The notes beneath the pieces were generated by a model. That model made no database searches, was not told where the DNA came from, and saw only the letters and a program-made list of their open reading frames with translations. Shown here one piece after another: positions 21,363-31,001 of a DNA stretch of 33,357 nucleotides; position 1 is the first letter of the stretch, and the number at the start of each line of letters is the position of its first letter. Position numbers and translations under genes: made by a program. This DNA is from Armatimonadota bacterium (lineage in GTDB: Bacteria; Armatimonadota; Hebobacteria; CAIYQO01): the NCBI GenBank assembly GCA_038248345.1, contig JBBRXO010000018.1, forward strand, positions 1 through 33,357, given 5' to 3'.

Positions 21363-21487
21363 ATTTCTTTTCTGCATCTTTTCTGCAATTAATCCCCGAT
21401 TATATAGCAATCTGCCGGATTCCATGATCCTTCACGCCCAATCAATTCTGCGAATGACGATTTCTTTTCTGCTACTTTTCTGCAATT
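21363..21487. repeat. 28-bp direct repeat pair, each with two 11-bp units
   Basis: atttcttttctgcatcttttctgcaatt (21363-21390) versus atttcttttctgctacttttctgcaatt (21460-21487): 26/28. The second copy overlaps the stop codon of the AlbA_2 gene. Confidence 0.85.
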
Positions 21488-23136
21488 TCCCATCGTGGTA
21501 GTTTGCGAGTACCAGTATTGCGAATACGCCCAGAACGTCGTAAATTAGTCAATATGTACGACACTTTATTGTATTTCTGCTTGTCGTTTAATGAATCGCT
21601 CAGCTTTACCATCAATAATCCATCGATTTCTTGCCGAGTAGCGCCGCCAAACTTAACCAGATAGTCGCTGACTAGCTTCGCATAAAATGCATCATCTTGC
21701 GCACGTGTGCGGATATAATCAGCCTCGCTGGCGGTATTTTTTGCCACCGATGCTGATACATGAAAATTCGGCTTGCGTCCTTCAATCAACCCAGCGTGTC
21801 TCAATCTCTTTATAGTGTTGTCTGGCAGGGATAGTTTCTTTTGTACTCTGTCTAATGCTAGAATATCTATAAGTTGAAGCCCGGTGTTTTTAATCAATAA
21901 CCGGCTATATGCAGGATCTACAATAGTGCCGTATAGTGTCATACGAACTACATTAGATTCCGATAGATTGTAATCAGGCATCGGAAGATATCGTGCGATC
22001 TGCCCAATGTGCATCTCATGTATGCCATAACCCAAGGTATCTATCATATTTAGCTCTGTCATAGCCTGTGCGAGAAATGTATTGCGGTAGCGACGTGGAG
22101 TTTTATCACCCGCGATATAGTCCTCAGGAATTCCCTCAAAAAAACTACCTTCATTCTCGAATAACAATTTGTCCGGCAATTCAGTAACGATTATACGACC
22201 ATTGCGGTTATAATCCTGATGCGCAATACAGTTATGAAGGGCTTCCATTACGACTTTCTGGTCATATTTGGAGACTTCTACCGGAATCAATGCATCATCG
22301 GGAAGAATCCGTAATTGAATATTGCGAATCTTTTGATAGAGAGCCGAGGTGCTAAGTAGAAAGGGTAGACCAAAATGTTCGTAAGCTCTCTCTACTCCTT
22401 CCAATTTCCAGGTTATTTGTGCTGGATACGGTGATAACAGATGTGCTGACTCAGTTTTACCAACTAGCAACAAGGTTGTGCGCGTTATTTTCCCTCCGCG
22501 GGTCAAACTTGCCCTATCCAAAAAGGTTGCTAAAGGCCACTTGCTGACAATATCAGTAGGGAACCTATTTGCATATTTTAGTGCATAGGATTCACGCGCT
22601 TTGTTAATTGCAGATTGGTCTAAATCATCATATGTAGCATCAACAATAATCTGCGCTGACCAATCTGTCTCTTTCGTCTGTTGCCGAATTTCATCCAGCT
22701 TATCTAATCCGAGACTGATAAGACTCTCACCAGCCCGCGCATAATAATGACCTTTCCAAGCAATAGGCATCCCACATGGGGCCGCAGGTACCTCCAACAG
22801 TATCACCCGTCCAGCAGGGGTATCCAATTCATGAATATTGCGAAAAGTAATGGTTGGGTCAGCATTCTCCACTATCTGCATTTTCAGGCTTTGTAGCCGT
22901 TCCGGTTCCGTTCTATAGTTCGTACCAACGACCAGACGTGTATCATTGTTAACACCAATAATCAGCCAAGCTTTCTCAACAGCACGCAGATTAGCTTCGT
23001 TCGCAAGCGCGGAAAAATATTCACCGATTTTATCCGTTGAAAGATTATTGTCCGCTTGTTTGAACTCCACCACCTCGCATTCCCATGTATCAATTAACTT
23101 GGAAAGAAGTGTAGATAATTCTGATTTTATCATCAT
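21472..23136 (-). CDS. Schlafen/AlbA_2 domain protein with HATPase_c_4-like and probable C-terminal wHTH regions
   Basis: ECEVVEFK, SALAN, LIIGV, YYARAGES, EALHNCIAHQDY, RYRNTFLAQAM, IDTLGYGI. AT-rich relative to flanks; GAGGAG SD. Confidence 0.88.
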   Translation of the reverse strand: MMIKSELSTLLSKLIDTWECEVVEFKQADNNLSTDKIGEYFSALANEANLRAVEKAWLIIGVNNDTRLVVGTNYRTEPERLQSLKMQIVENADPTITFRNIHELDTPAGRVILLEVPAAPCGMPIAWKGHYYARAGESLISLGLDKLDEIRQQTKETDWSAQIIVDATYDDLDQSAINKARESYALKYANRFPTDIVSKWPLATFLDRASLTRGGKITRTTLLLVGKTESAHLLSPYPAQITWKLEGVERAYEHFGLPFLLSTSALYQKIRNIQLRILPDDALIPVEVSKYDQKVVMEALHNCIAHQDYNRNGRIIVTELPDKLLFENEGSFFEGIPEDYIAGDKTPRRYRNTFLAQAMTELNMIDTLGYGIHEMHIGQIARYLPMPDYNLSESNVVRMTLYGTIVDPAYSRLLIKNTGLQLIDILALDRVQKKLSLPDNTIKRLRHAGLIEGRKPNFHVSASVAKNTASEADYIRTRAQDDAFYAKLVSDYLVKFGGATRQEIDGLLMVKLSDSLNDKQKYNKVSYILTNLRRSGRIRNTGTRKLPRWEIAEK

Positions 23137-23200
23137 TAACAACTCCTCACGCTTATTTTACCTCCTATATTGAGGGAAGTGATAAACGTCGGTTTGGCGC

Positions 23201-23863
23201 TCATCTCACCGCCGTTTCGATTATATCTCGCATCGTCTTCGCCAGGTCGTCGCCGCGGAAGAGCGCTGACCCTACCACGGCCCCTGTCATACCCGCACGC
23301 GCCAGCGGGCCGATCGTGGTGCAATCCACCCCGCCGTCACACTCGATACTCACCGTCACCCCCAGCCGTTGCACCAGCGCCAGCACCTGCGCCACCCGGC
23401 CAATCGAAGAGGGGATAAATGCCTGCCCGCCAAAACCGGGGTTCACCGACATCACCAGCACGCCGTCCACCAGTTCCAGCACCGGCTCCAGCATCTCCAC
23501 GGGGGTGCCGGGATTAATCGCTACGCCCACCTCCATGCCCGCAGCACGCACCTGCCCGAGGACGCGGTGGATATGCGGCGTCGATTCTGGATGGATATAC
23601 AACCGCGTCGCCCCCGCCCTGGCCAGCGGCTCAATCAGAGCCTCCGGGGTATAGGTCATCAGATGCGCCCAGAAAGGCAACATCGTATGTGGACGTAACG
23701 CCGCCAGCACCATCGGCCCGAAGGTGAGATTAGACACAAACTGCCCATCCATCAGGTCAAAGTGCAGCCCCGCCGCGCCGGCCGCCTCCACCGCCGCCAC
23801 CTGCGACTGCAAAAAGGCAAAATCAAAAGCCAGTAAAGATGGGAATATCGGATAGTTATTCAT
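23201..23863 (-). CDS. rpe: Ribulose-phosphate 3-epimerase
   Basis: PSLL, HFDLMDGQFVSNLTFG, HLM, MSVNPGFGGQAF, DGGV, VVGSALF. Confidence 0.96.
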   Translation of the reverse strand: MNNYPIFPSLLAFDFAFLQSQVAAVEAAGAAGLHFDLMDGQFVSNLTFGPMVLAALRPHTMLPFWAHLMTYTPEALIEPLARAGATRLYIHPESTPHIHRVLGQVRAAGMEVGVAINPGTPVEMLEPVLELVDGVLVMSVNPGFGGQAFIPSSIGRVAQVLALVQRLGVTVSIECDGGVDCTTIGPLARAGMTGAVVGSALFRGDDLAKTMRDIIETAVR

Positions 23864-23917
23864 AGTGTCTCATTCCTCTTTAATAAAAAATATATCGCGA
23901 TGTCTGCGTTGGGCGAC

Positions 23918-24994
23918 CTAGTCCATCATCCCCATAACCTCCCGCACCAGCACAAAATTCCTGCGGGCCGCGGTCAGCAGCATGTCGGCGTTGGGAGACG
24001 GGCGTTTTTTTGCCCAGCCATCGCGGAGCGCGGCGAGGAGATTTTCGGCGGTGATATCGGCCCATGGGAGCGCATCGGCCAGGCCGGCGAAGGTGCAGCA
24101 GTCGGTTACTTTGGGGTCATAGGCCAGCCCCAGGGCCGGGATGTGCTGCTGCACGGCGAAGATGAGGGTGTGCAGGCGCATGGCGAGGATGAAGTTGCAC
24201 TTGCTCACCACAAAGAGCATCTCGCGCGGGGTGAGCGCCATGTCCAGCACCACACATTCCGTCTGCATCTCTTCGCAGCAGCGCTGTGCGACTTCGTGGT
24301 CTTCCGCGAATTGCATGGGCAGTAGCAGTGGTAACGCCCCCGTCTCCTGCGTGAAGGTTGTCAATGCTGCCGCGATGGCGGTGAAGGTCTCGGTGCCCGG
24401 CCACTCACGCAGCGCCACCCCGATCACCGGACGATCTGGGGGGATATTACAGCGCAGCCAGCGTTGTAGGCGTGGCGTCTCCTCGGCGGGGAGCAGAAAG
24501 CTGGGGTCAGCGGTGACTTCTATCGGCGGAATCTTCACCCCCAGCTGGCGCAACGTCTCCCGGCTGCCCGGATCGCGCACGGTGATGACGCGGGCTTTGT
24601 TGAGCACAACTTTCGCCAAGTAACGGTTGATGGGGTTGGTCAGTGGGCCGATTCCCTGTGCCAAAATCATGGTGGGCACATTCGCCTGCAGTGCCATCTT
24701 CAGCAGGCCCAGATAATAAAGCGGGCTGCGGAAGGAAGTGACATCCTGCAGCAGGCTGCCACCACCGCTGATAAACAACTCGGTGTCCGCCAGCGCTGTC
24801 TTAATGGCGCGCATATTCATGCGGGGGATCGCCGGAATGCCATGAAGCTTTTCGGTAGCATCCGGGTCACCGCTGAGCACACGGATGGCGGCGTCGGGCA
24901 TCTCGGCGCGCAGCCCGGCGATAATGCCACCCAGCACCGCCTCGTCGCCGATGTTATTAAAGCCATAATAGCCGGAGAGGAGTATTCCGCTCAT
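23918..24994 (-). CDS. csaB: Polysaccharide pyruvyl transferase CsaB
   Basis: SGYYGFNNIGDEA, GGGSLLQDVTS, AQGIGP, VRD, MRLH, YDPKV. Confidence 0.93.
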   Translation of the reverse strand: MSGILLSGYYGFNNIGDEAVLGGIIAGLRAEMPDAAIRVLSGDPDATEKLHGIPAIPRMNMRAIKTALADTELFISGGGSLLQDVTSFRSPLYYLGLLKMALQANVPTMILAQGIGPLTNPINRYLAKVVLNKARVITVRDPGSRETLRQLGVKIPPIEVTADPSFLLPAEETPRLQRWLRCNIPPDRPVIGVALREWPGTETFTAIAAALTTFTQETGALPLLLPMQFAEDHEVAQRCCEEMQTECVVLDMALTPREMLFVVSKCNFILAMRLHTLIFAVQQHIPALGLAYDPKVTDCCTFAGLADALPWADITAENLLAALRDGWAKKRPSPNADMLLTAARRNFVLVREVMGMMD

Positions 24995-24999
24995 TTTTT

Positions 25000-25030
25000 T
25001 AGTTCCTAGTTTCTAGTTCCGAGTTCCAAG
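25000..25030 (-). repeat. Heptamer tandem array before the csaB ATG
   Basis: Minus strand: ctt ggaactc ggaacta gaaacta ggaacta aaaaa ATG. Confidence 0.8.
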
Positions 25031-25035
25031 TATGA

Positions 25036-25093
25036 CCTAACGTGAGCTATACCCACAACCCAATTGTAGGGGCACAAGGCTTGTGCCCCTACA
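25036..25093 (+). repeat. 28-bp dispersed motif followed by a single family A REP palindrome
   Basis: cctaacgtgagctatacccacaacccaa (25036-25063), then TGTAGGGGCACAA-GGC-TTGTGCCCCTACA (perfect 13-bp arms). Confidence 0.82.
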
Positions 25094-25118
25094 TGAACCT
25101 GATGCCATCTTACTGTTT

Positions 25119-27143
25119 CTATTTCACATCCGATCTCTTAACAACCATCCCCAGCAACACGATGGCAATCAGGCCGATTATCGTCCCCAGCCACCAGCCG
25201 TTGAAGGTGCGCATCATTGAGAGCAGCACGGGGGTGTGCGCGTGACAGTAGGTATTGACTACGTCCACCTGCCCGATGACGCCGCCAATCATCACCAGCA
25301 GCGCCGCATTACGGTAGCCGCGATTGGCGAGGAAGAGGGAGATCAGGAAGAGCGGATGGCCGAGGGCGAACTCCTTGGAGCGTGGACGTGCGTTCAATAT
25401 CCGCTCCAGGAAGCCGCGCAGTTGGATCTCCCCGGAGGTGACGGTTACGCCGCTGTCGTTACCGGAGCGGGCGATGATAACGTAAAATATCGCTAGCGCC
25501 ACCACGGCCAGCGCCACCCACCAGACGTAAATCGGTTGCTTGAGTATCCCCAGCAGGCGCGCTTTGCAGCGGGCGATGTAGTCGGTGAAGCTCTCCTCCG
25601 CGCGTGCAATACCGTCGACCAGCACCAGCAGCGCGAAGAGTACCAGTGGTATTATCAGCGTGGCTTTGACGCCGGTGAACTGCGTCACCTTCACCAGGAA
25701 GCGCGTCTCGGCGAACATCGCGGCGATGAACAGGCCACCGATGAGCGAGAAGGCGGTCGCGAGTATCAGGGTGAGGAGCATACGCAAAAATGCGTGGGAG
25801 AAACGCCGCTCGGAGAGGTAATTGATCTCGCGATAGGCAAAACTCAACCCGATAAGCGGGAAGCCGGTGGCAGCCATCAAGCCGAAGACGGTGCGCCCGG
25901 TATCGGGGAGTTTGAAGGCGACAGCTGCAGCACCCACGGTACCGATGATGAGCAACCTCCAGCCCCAGTGGAGCCACTTCTCGGGCAACTTGGCGGGGAG
26001 GAAAGTCAAAAACCAGAGCAGCATGGCGGCCCCGGCACCGAGGAAGATGAACGCCAGTACCGGTTTGCGCATCGGGAGATCGCGGAAGGGGCGCGCGCCA
26101 TCAGTCTGTGCGATAACGAATCCGCTCTTCTTCACGCCTTCGGAGATAGCATTGATATACCGCGCGACGGATTTGACGGGTGTCTGCTCCAGCTCTAGCG
26201 GCAGTATCTGTGGGTAATGGGCGTAGAGTACGCGGATGTTACGGTCTTTCACCGCCAGGGTGAAGCGCGCCACTGCCTGCTGCGGCGTCAGGTTGCTCAG
26301 CTCCTCCGCGGAGATGCTGTGTACGCGTACCAGATGACCCTTCAGTTTAGTACTTAGCTCCAGATCGCCCTTTTGTTTGCCCAATTCTACCGCGCCATAA
26401 TAGAAGATGTCGTGGTTCGGCTGCGCCAGGTAATCCGCCACCGCCGGTAATTGTTCCTTGTATCCCGGGATATCTTTGCCGTCGAAGATCACCACATTCG
26501 GGGGACTACCAGGATTACGTTGGAGAGTTTTTGTCGCCGCCTCCAGCGGTTTTACGATATCCGCGGAAGTCATCCAGTCACCGCCACGCAAGCGCGGTAC
26601 CACGCGCAACCCGGCGCTTTTTATGGTAGCCACCCGCTCGGGGGACAGCCCCAGCCCCATATTACGCACGACATCGCGCGCGCCCGTGATCACCAGCGTA
26701 TTCGGCGCAGTCAGTGTGATATATTTCTCGTGATAGACGCGCTTCAGCCCTTCCATGATGAATTCGGTAGTGCTATTCTTCACAGTGGTCACCGTGAACT
26801 GTTGCTCTTTATCGCTACTGTTTACCTCGGAAACCGGCGCAGGCCGCGGTCCGAATGAAATCTCGCCCTGGCTCTCCAGTGTCAGGAGCGTCTCTTCGGG
26901 CAATGCCACTGCAGATGCTCCGGCGTCGTGCATATTCTTCAGCACATCCACCAGCGGTGTGCCGGTCGCCCCGGCGAGCGACAACGATTCGTTGTAATCC
27001 ACCACCAGGTCGACGTTGATATTCGCACGTTCTGTGTTGATACGTTTGAAGAGCATAAAGGCGGTGGCCAGTGTGCTTAAAATCAATATGAGCACCAGTA
27101 CGCTCTTCAGCATACTAGTGGATTGCTCCGGTTTCTCAGGCAT
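25119..27143 (-). CDS. DUF5693-like membrane protein
   Basis: N-terminal TM, large soluble domain (VRVHSI, AVKDRNIRVLY), multi-TM C-terminus with FTGVK, RPRSKEFALGHP, VNTYCHAHTP. Adjacent to csaB. Confidence 0.82.
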   Translation of the reverse strand: MPEKPEQSTSMLKSVLVLILILSTLATAFMLFKRINTERANINVDLVVDYNESLSLAGATGTPLVDVLKNMHDAGASAVALPEETLLTLESQGEISFGPRPAPVSEVNSSDKEQQFTVTTVKNSTTEFIMEGLKRVYHEKYITLTAPNTLVITGARDVVRNMGLGLSPERVATIKSAGLRVVPRLRGGDWMTSADIVKPLEAATKTLQRNPGSPPNVVIFDGKDIPGYKEQLPAVADYLAQPNHDIFYYGAVELGKQKGDLELSTKLKGHLVRVHSISAEELSNLTPQQAVARFTLAVKDRNIRVLYAHYPQILPLELEQTPVKSVARYINAISEGVKKSGFVIAQTDGARPFRDLPMRKPVLAFIFLGAGAAMLLWFLTFLPAKLPEKWLHWGWRLLIIGTVGAAAVAFKLPDTGRTVFGLMAATGFPLIGLSFAYREINYLSERRFSHAFLRMLLTLILATAFSLIGGLFIAAMFAETRFLVKVTQFTGVKATLIIPLVLFALLVLVDGIARAEESFTDYIARCKARLLGILKQPIYVWWVALAVVALAIFYVIIARSGNDSGVTVTSGEIQLRGFLERILNARPRSKEFALGHPLFLISLFLANRGYRNAALLVMIGGVIGQVDVVNTYCHAHTPVLLSMMRTFNGWWLGTIIGLIAIVLLGMVVKRSDVK

Positions 27144-27172
27144 TTATTGGCTCCAAAGGGGCTGCGATATAT

Positions 27173-27235
27173 CCTAACGCGGACTATGCCCGCAACCCCA
27201 AGTAATTATCTTTCCTGCAATAAATCGTGTTACGG
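27173..27235 (+). repeat. 28-bp dispersed motif plus a degenerate copy of the family B left flank
   Basis: 27173-27200 is 22/28 identical to 25036-25063; 27203-27235 is 26/33 identical to 8002-8034. Confidence 0.7.
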
Positions 27236-27255
27236 CATCCGGCCCTAACGCTTTA

Positions 27256-27355
27256 ATTCACAGGATATAAGGATAGTCAGGATAATAAGGAAGAATAATC
27301 TTCTTCTGATAATACTTCCTTGCCTGTTTTATCCTCGTCCCTATATCCTGTGAAT
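27256..27355. repeat. 100-bp element with perfect 14-bp terminal inverted repeats
   Basis: ATTCACAGGATATA ... TATATCCTGTGAAT, with internal AGGATA/TATCCT sub-repeats. Confidence 0.75.
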
Positions 27356-27448
27356 CACAACGATATAGGACGACCTCTTTACACCACCCCGGAATTAAAA
27401 ACGTGCTACTCTTCTCTACATATTGTTCAGAAAATAACCGAGAAGAGA

Positions 27449-28489
27449 CTACAATACGGTTACGCCGCGCTCTCCAGCGGTGATCTCGCCGATATTCCAT
27501 GCGGTGGCTCCGCTGGATTCTAGTAGAGCGAGTACCGCGTCGGCATCGGTGGGACGTACCACCAAAGTGTAGCCCACGCCCATGTTGAAGGTGCGGTACA
27601 GGTCGTCGTGTGCCATGTTGCCAAATTCCGCCAGCGTGGTGAAGATCGGCTGGGCCTGCCATTTAGCGGGGTCGAGCAACGCACGGCAGCCCTCGGGTAG
27701 CACGCGCACCAGGTTGCCCGGCAACCCACCACCGGTGATATGCGCCATGCCGCGCACCAGCCCCTGCGCCAGGATGGGGAGGATGATTTTGGCATAGCAA
27801 CGGTGTACGCGCAGCAGCTCGTCCGCTACCGTGACGCCATAGGGGAGCAGGTCGTTGACTCCCAGCCCGGCCACCTCAAAGATGAGCTTGCGGGCGAGTG
27901 AATAGCCGTTGGTGTGCAGCCCGTTGGATTGGATACCGATGACAGTGTCGCCCGGCGCTATCTCCGCCCCGGTGATGATCTTTGCGCGGTCGACGATCCC
28001 GACGATGAAGCCCGCCAGATCATACTCGTTCGGCTGGTACAGGTCGGGCATTTCAGCCGTCTCCCCGCCAATGAGCGAGCATCCCTGTTCCTTGGCGGCG
28101 ATGGATAGACCCTCTACCACTTGCGCGGCCACCAGCGGATCCAGCTTGCCCACCGCGTAGTAATCGAGGAAAAAGAGCGCACGTGCGCCCTGCACCAGTA
28201 TGTCATTGATGCAATGATTCACCAGGCATTGCCCTACGGTAGTGTGGCGGCCCGCATCAATCGCCACCTTCACTTTGGTGCCCACGCCGTCGGCGCTGGA
28301 GACCAGCACCGGTTCGCTGTAACCGGTAAGGTCAGGTGCATACATGGCCCCGAAGGTGCCCAGCTCCGCCAGCACCGACGGGGTAAAGGTACTGCGCACA
28401 TGCGCCTTCATCAGCTGCACAGCACGTTCGCCGGCATCAATATCCACACCAGCATCCTGGTAAGTAAAACCACGTTGTTCAGTCATCAA
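27449..28489 (-). CDS. purM: Phosphoribosylformylglycinamidine cyclo-ligase
   Basis: YQDAGVDIDAG, DGVGTK, FFLDY, GGETAEMP, SNGLHTNGYSL, HITGGG, RTFNMGVG. Confidence 0.97.
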   Translation of the reverse strand: MMTEQRGFTYQDAGVDIDAGERAVQLMKAHVRSTFTPSVLAELGTFGAMYAPDLTGYSEPVLVSSADGVGTKVKVAIDAGRHTTVGQCLVNHCINDILVQGARALFFLDYYAVGKLDPLVAAQVVEGLSIAAKEQGCSLIGGETAEMPDLYQPNEYDLAGFIVGIVDRAKIITGAEIAPGDTVIGIQSNGLHTNGYSLARKLIFEVAGLGVNDLLPYGVTVADELLRVHRCYAKIILPILAQGLVRGMAHITGGGLPGNLVRVLPEGCRALLDPAKWQAQPIFTTLAEFGNMAHDDLYRTFNMGVGYTLVVRPTDADAVLALLESSGATAWNIGEITAGERGVTVL

Positions 28490-28619
28490 AATCTCCCGCG
28501 CAAATCCGCGCCACTTGTACTTTCGCTATTGTTGAATGAGATTCCTGCAATTTCTACCTACCAGTTCCCGGAGAAAACCAACTCTGTCTAAGAAACCGGG
28601 AATTATGCAATAATAACAA

Positions 28620-28647
28620 GCAACTAGAAACCAGAAACTAGGAACTC
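28620..28647 (+). repeat. Heptamer tandem array before the tsaB ATG
   Basis: gcaacta gaaacca gaaacta ggaactc at ATG. Confidence 0.75.
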
Positions 28648-28649
28648 AT

Positions 28650-29288
28650 ATGCTATTAACAATTGAAACATGTACCGATACCTCCACCATCGGCATCGTC
28701 CACGAGGGCGTGGTGCTGGCGGAGATGGCTTTCCCCAGCCGGCACACGCTGGTATCGCGGCTGTTGCTGCGCCTGGACTGGCTGCTGGGCGAGGCGGGGA
28801 CGAGCAAGGATAAACTGGAGGGGATCGCCGTGTCACTGGGTCCCGGCTCCTTCACCGGGGTGCGCATCGGCGCGGCGGCGGCCAAGGTGCTGGCACCCGC
28901 GCTGGACATCCCGCTGGTGGGGGTCTCCACGCTGCAGGCGCTGGCGTGGCCCTTTCGGGGGCTGGCCGGACACATATTAGTCCCGGTGATCAACGCGCGG
29001 CGCGGGCAGGTATATACCGCGCAATTCCGCGGGATTGAGCGGGTGTCCGAGGACGCCGCGCTCTCGCCGGAGCCGTTTGCTGCTGCGCTGGCGGATAAAT
29101 CTCCGCTGCTCATCGGGGTGCTCGATGGGTTGCCCGATGGCTTCAACATCGGCAATTATGAGGTGGTGCGCGCGCTGGTGACGCCGCACGCGCTGGCGGC
29201 GCTGGCCACAGAACGGCTGGTGCGCGGGGAAAGTGACGACCCGCTGACGCTGGCCCCGGTGTACCTGCGCGCCCCGGCGGATCGCTGA
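28650..29288 (+). CDS. tsaB: t6A biosynthesis protein TsaB
   Basis: LTIET, GPGSFTGVRIG, GVSTL, NARRGQVY, PVYLR. Confidence 0.94.
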   Translation: MLLTIETCTDTSTIGIVHEGVVLAEMAFPSRHTLVSRLLLRLDWLLGEAGTSKDKLEGIAVSLGPGSFTGVRIGAAAAKVLAPALDIPLVGVSTLQALAWPFRGLAGHILVPVINARRGQVYTAQFRGIERVSEDAALSPEPFAAALADKSPLLIGVLDGLPDGFNIGNYEVVRALVTPHALAALATERLVRGESDDPLTLAPVYLRAPADR

Positions 29289-29731
29289 TGAGCGAGATTA
29301 CAATTGCAGCGATGACGGCGGCGGATATCCCGGCGGTGTACGCGCTGGAGCTGGCCTGCTTCACCTCACCGTGGACCATGGAGGCCTATATCGAAGAGCT
29401 GGACAACCCCACCTCCTACTATCTGACCGCCAAACAGGACGGCGAGGTGGTGGGCTTCGGCGGCATGTGGGCGGTAGTGGATGAGGCGCACATCGTGACG
29501 CTGGCCACCAGCCCCGCCCACCGCCGCCAGGGCATCGCCCGCCAATTAATGACCGTCTTCCTCGCCGAAGCCAAAGCTCGCGACGTGCACGAGATCACCC
29601 TCGAAGTCCGCATCGGCAACGCCCCCGCCCGCGCCCTCTACGAATCCTTCGGCTTCCAAAATCTAGCCATCCGCAAAAAATACTACCCGGATAACGGGGA
29701 GGATGGGGTGATTATGGGGGTTTGTTGGTAG
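29288..29731 (+). CDS. rimI: Ribosomal protein S18 alanine N-acetyltransferase
   Basis: F..PW, DEAHI, RRQGIA, TLEVRIGN, LYESFGF, RKKYY. TGATG overlap with tsaB. Confidence 0.92.
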   Translation: MSEITIAAMTAADIPAVYALELACFTSPWTMEAYIEELDNPTSYYLTAKQDGEVVGFGGMWAVVDEAHIVTLATSPAHRRQGIARQLMTVFLAEAKARDVHEITLEVRIGNAPARALYESFGFQNLAIRKKYYPDNGEDGVIMGVCW

Positions 29732-29808
29732 GACTATCTCACCAGCAGTATGGCAAAAGCTCCGATAATGGTATATCATTAAGTGAAAGCGATATGGGGT
29801 GTGGGCTA

Positions 29809-31001
29809 ATGCTAAGCGAAATTGAACTGGCTGAATTATTACATGACATGGAATCTGATCGCGTGGAGCGAAAAGAGTCCGCCAGTAGCATGGACAAAAT
29901 CAATCAGACAGTCTGTGCGTTCGCTAATGATTTGCCGAACAACAATTTGCCAAGCGTCATCTTTGTTGGCGTTACAGACGACGGCAAACCTGCTTCTTTA
30001 CCGGTGGATGATAAACTGTTGTTGCGTCTCGGCAATATTAGCGGTGATGGCTTAATTAGCCCGTTCCCCTCGTAGATGTGAAGAAAGTAGTAATTGATGG
30101 ATATGAATTGGCGATAATCGTGGTATATCCGGCAGACGCACCGCCGATACGGTATAAAGGGATAGCATACGTGCGAGTCGGGCCGCGCACATCAAAAGCA
30201 ACAAGTGATGATGAACGACGGCTGACTGAGAAACACCGTTTTCACGCGTCGCCATTTGATATCCGCCCGGCACCATCGGCAACGTTGGATGATCTTAATA
30301 TTGAATCTTTCCTTGCAGAGTACCTGCCTGCTGCGGTTGCGCCGGAAGTATTGGATGAGAACAATCGAACCACCGAGCAGAAACTGGCTTCGGTTCGGCT
30401 CATTGAGCACACTACAGCTACCCCGACGAATCTGGGATTGCTGATGCTGGGGAATAGTACACGTGATTTTCTCCCAGGTGCATATATCCAGTTTTTACGT
30501 TTCGATGGCACAACCATGGCCGACCCTATTAAAGACCAGCAGGAGATAACCGGCACGGTGCCCGAACAACTGCGTTTCCTCGATAATATCTTCAAAGCCA
30601 ATATTGCTACACCGATGGAAGTTAAGGATCACCTGACGGATCGTCCACATCCAGATTATCCTTTTACAGCACTACAACAGTTGGCACGCAATGCGGTGAT
30701 GCACCGCAACTATGAGCATACCAGTGCCCCCGTACGCATAAATTGGTTCGACGACCGCATAGAGATTCACAGCCCGGGTGGCCCATACGGCCAGGTGACC
30801 CGAGCAAACTTCGGCACTGCCGGTATTACCGATTACCGCAACCCGAATCTGGCATCGGCGCTGAAAGATATGGGCTACGTACAACGTTTTGGCGTCGGCA
30901 TTGAACTTGCACACAAGGCGATGAGCCAAAATGAGAATCCAGTATTAGAATTCACCATAGAGGATACAAACATTATGATTCTTCTTAGGAGTCGATCATG
31001 A
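29809..31001 (+). pseudogene. Schlafen/AlbA_2 plus HATPase_c_4-like protein, frameshifted near 30072
   Basis: ESDRVERKES..VCAFAND..IFVGVTDDG (to 30075) continues in another frame as DVKKVVID..YVRVGPRT..NAVMHRNY..IEIHSPGG..YRNP..VQRFGVGI. Inserting one base after TCG (30070-30072) restores the frame. Confidence 0.82.

Noticed and set aside
25035..27250. Integron attC sites suggested by CCTAAC boxes
   Set aside because: No matching GTTRRRY ends with attC-like pairing, no intI, and the neighbours are core genes. The motif is kept only as an unexplained repeat.
29758..29785. dif-like site (AGCTCCGATAA-TGGTAT...)
   Set aside because: Only a XerC-like arm is present and the XerD arm TTATGT is missing; more likely promoter sequence.
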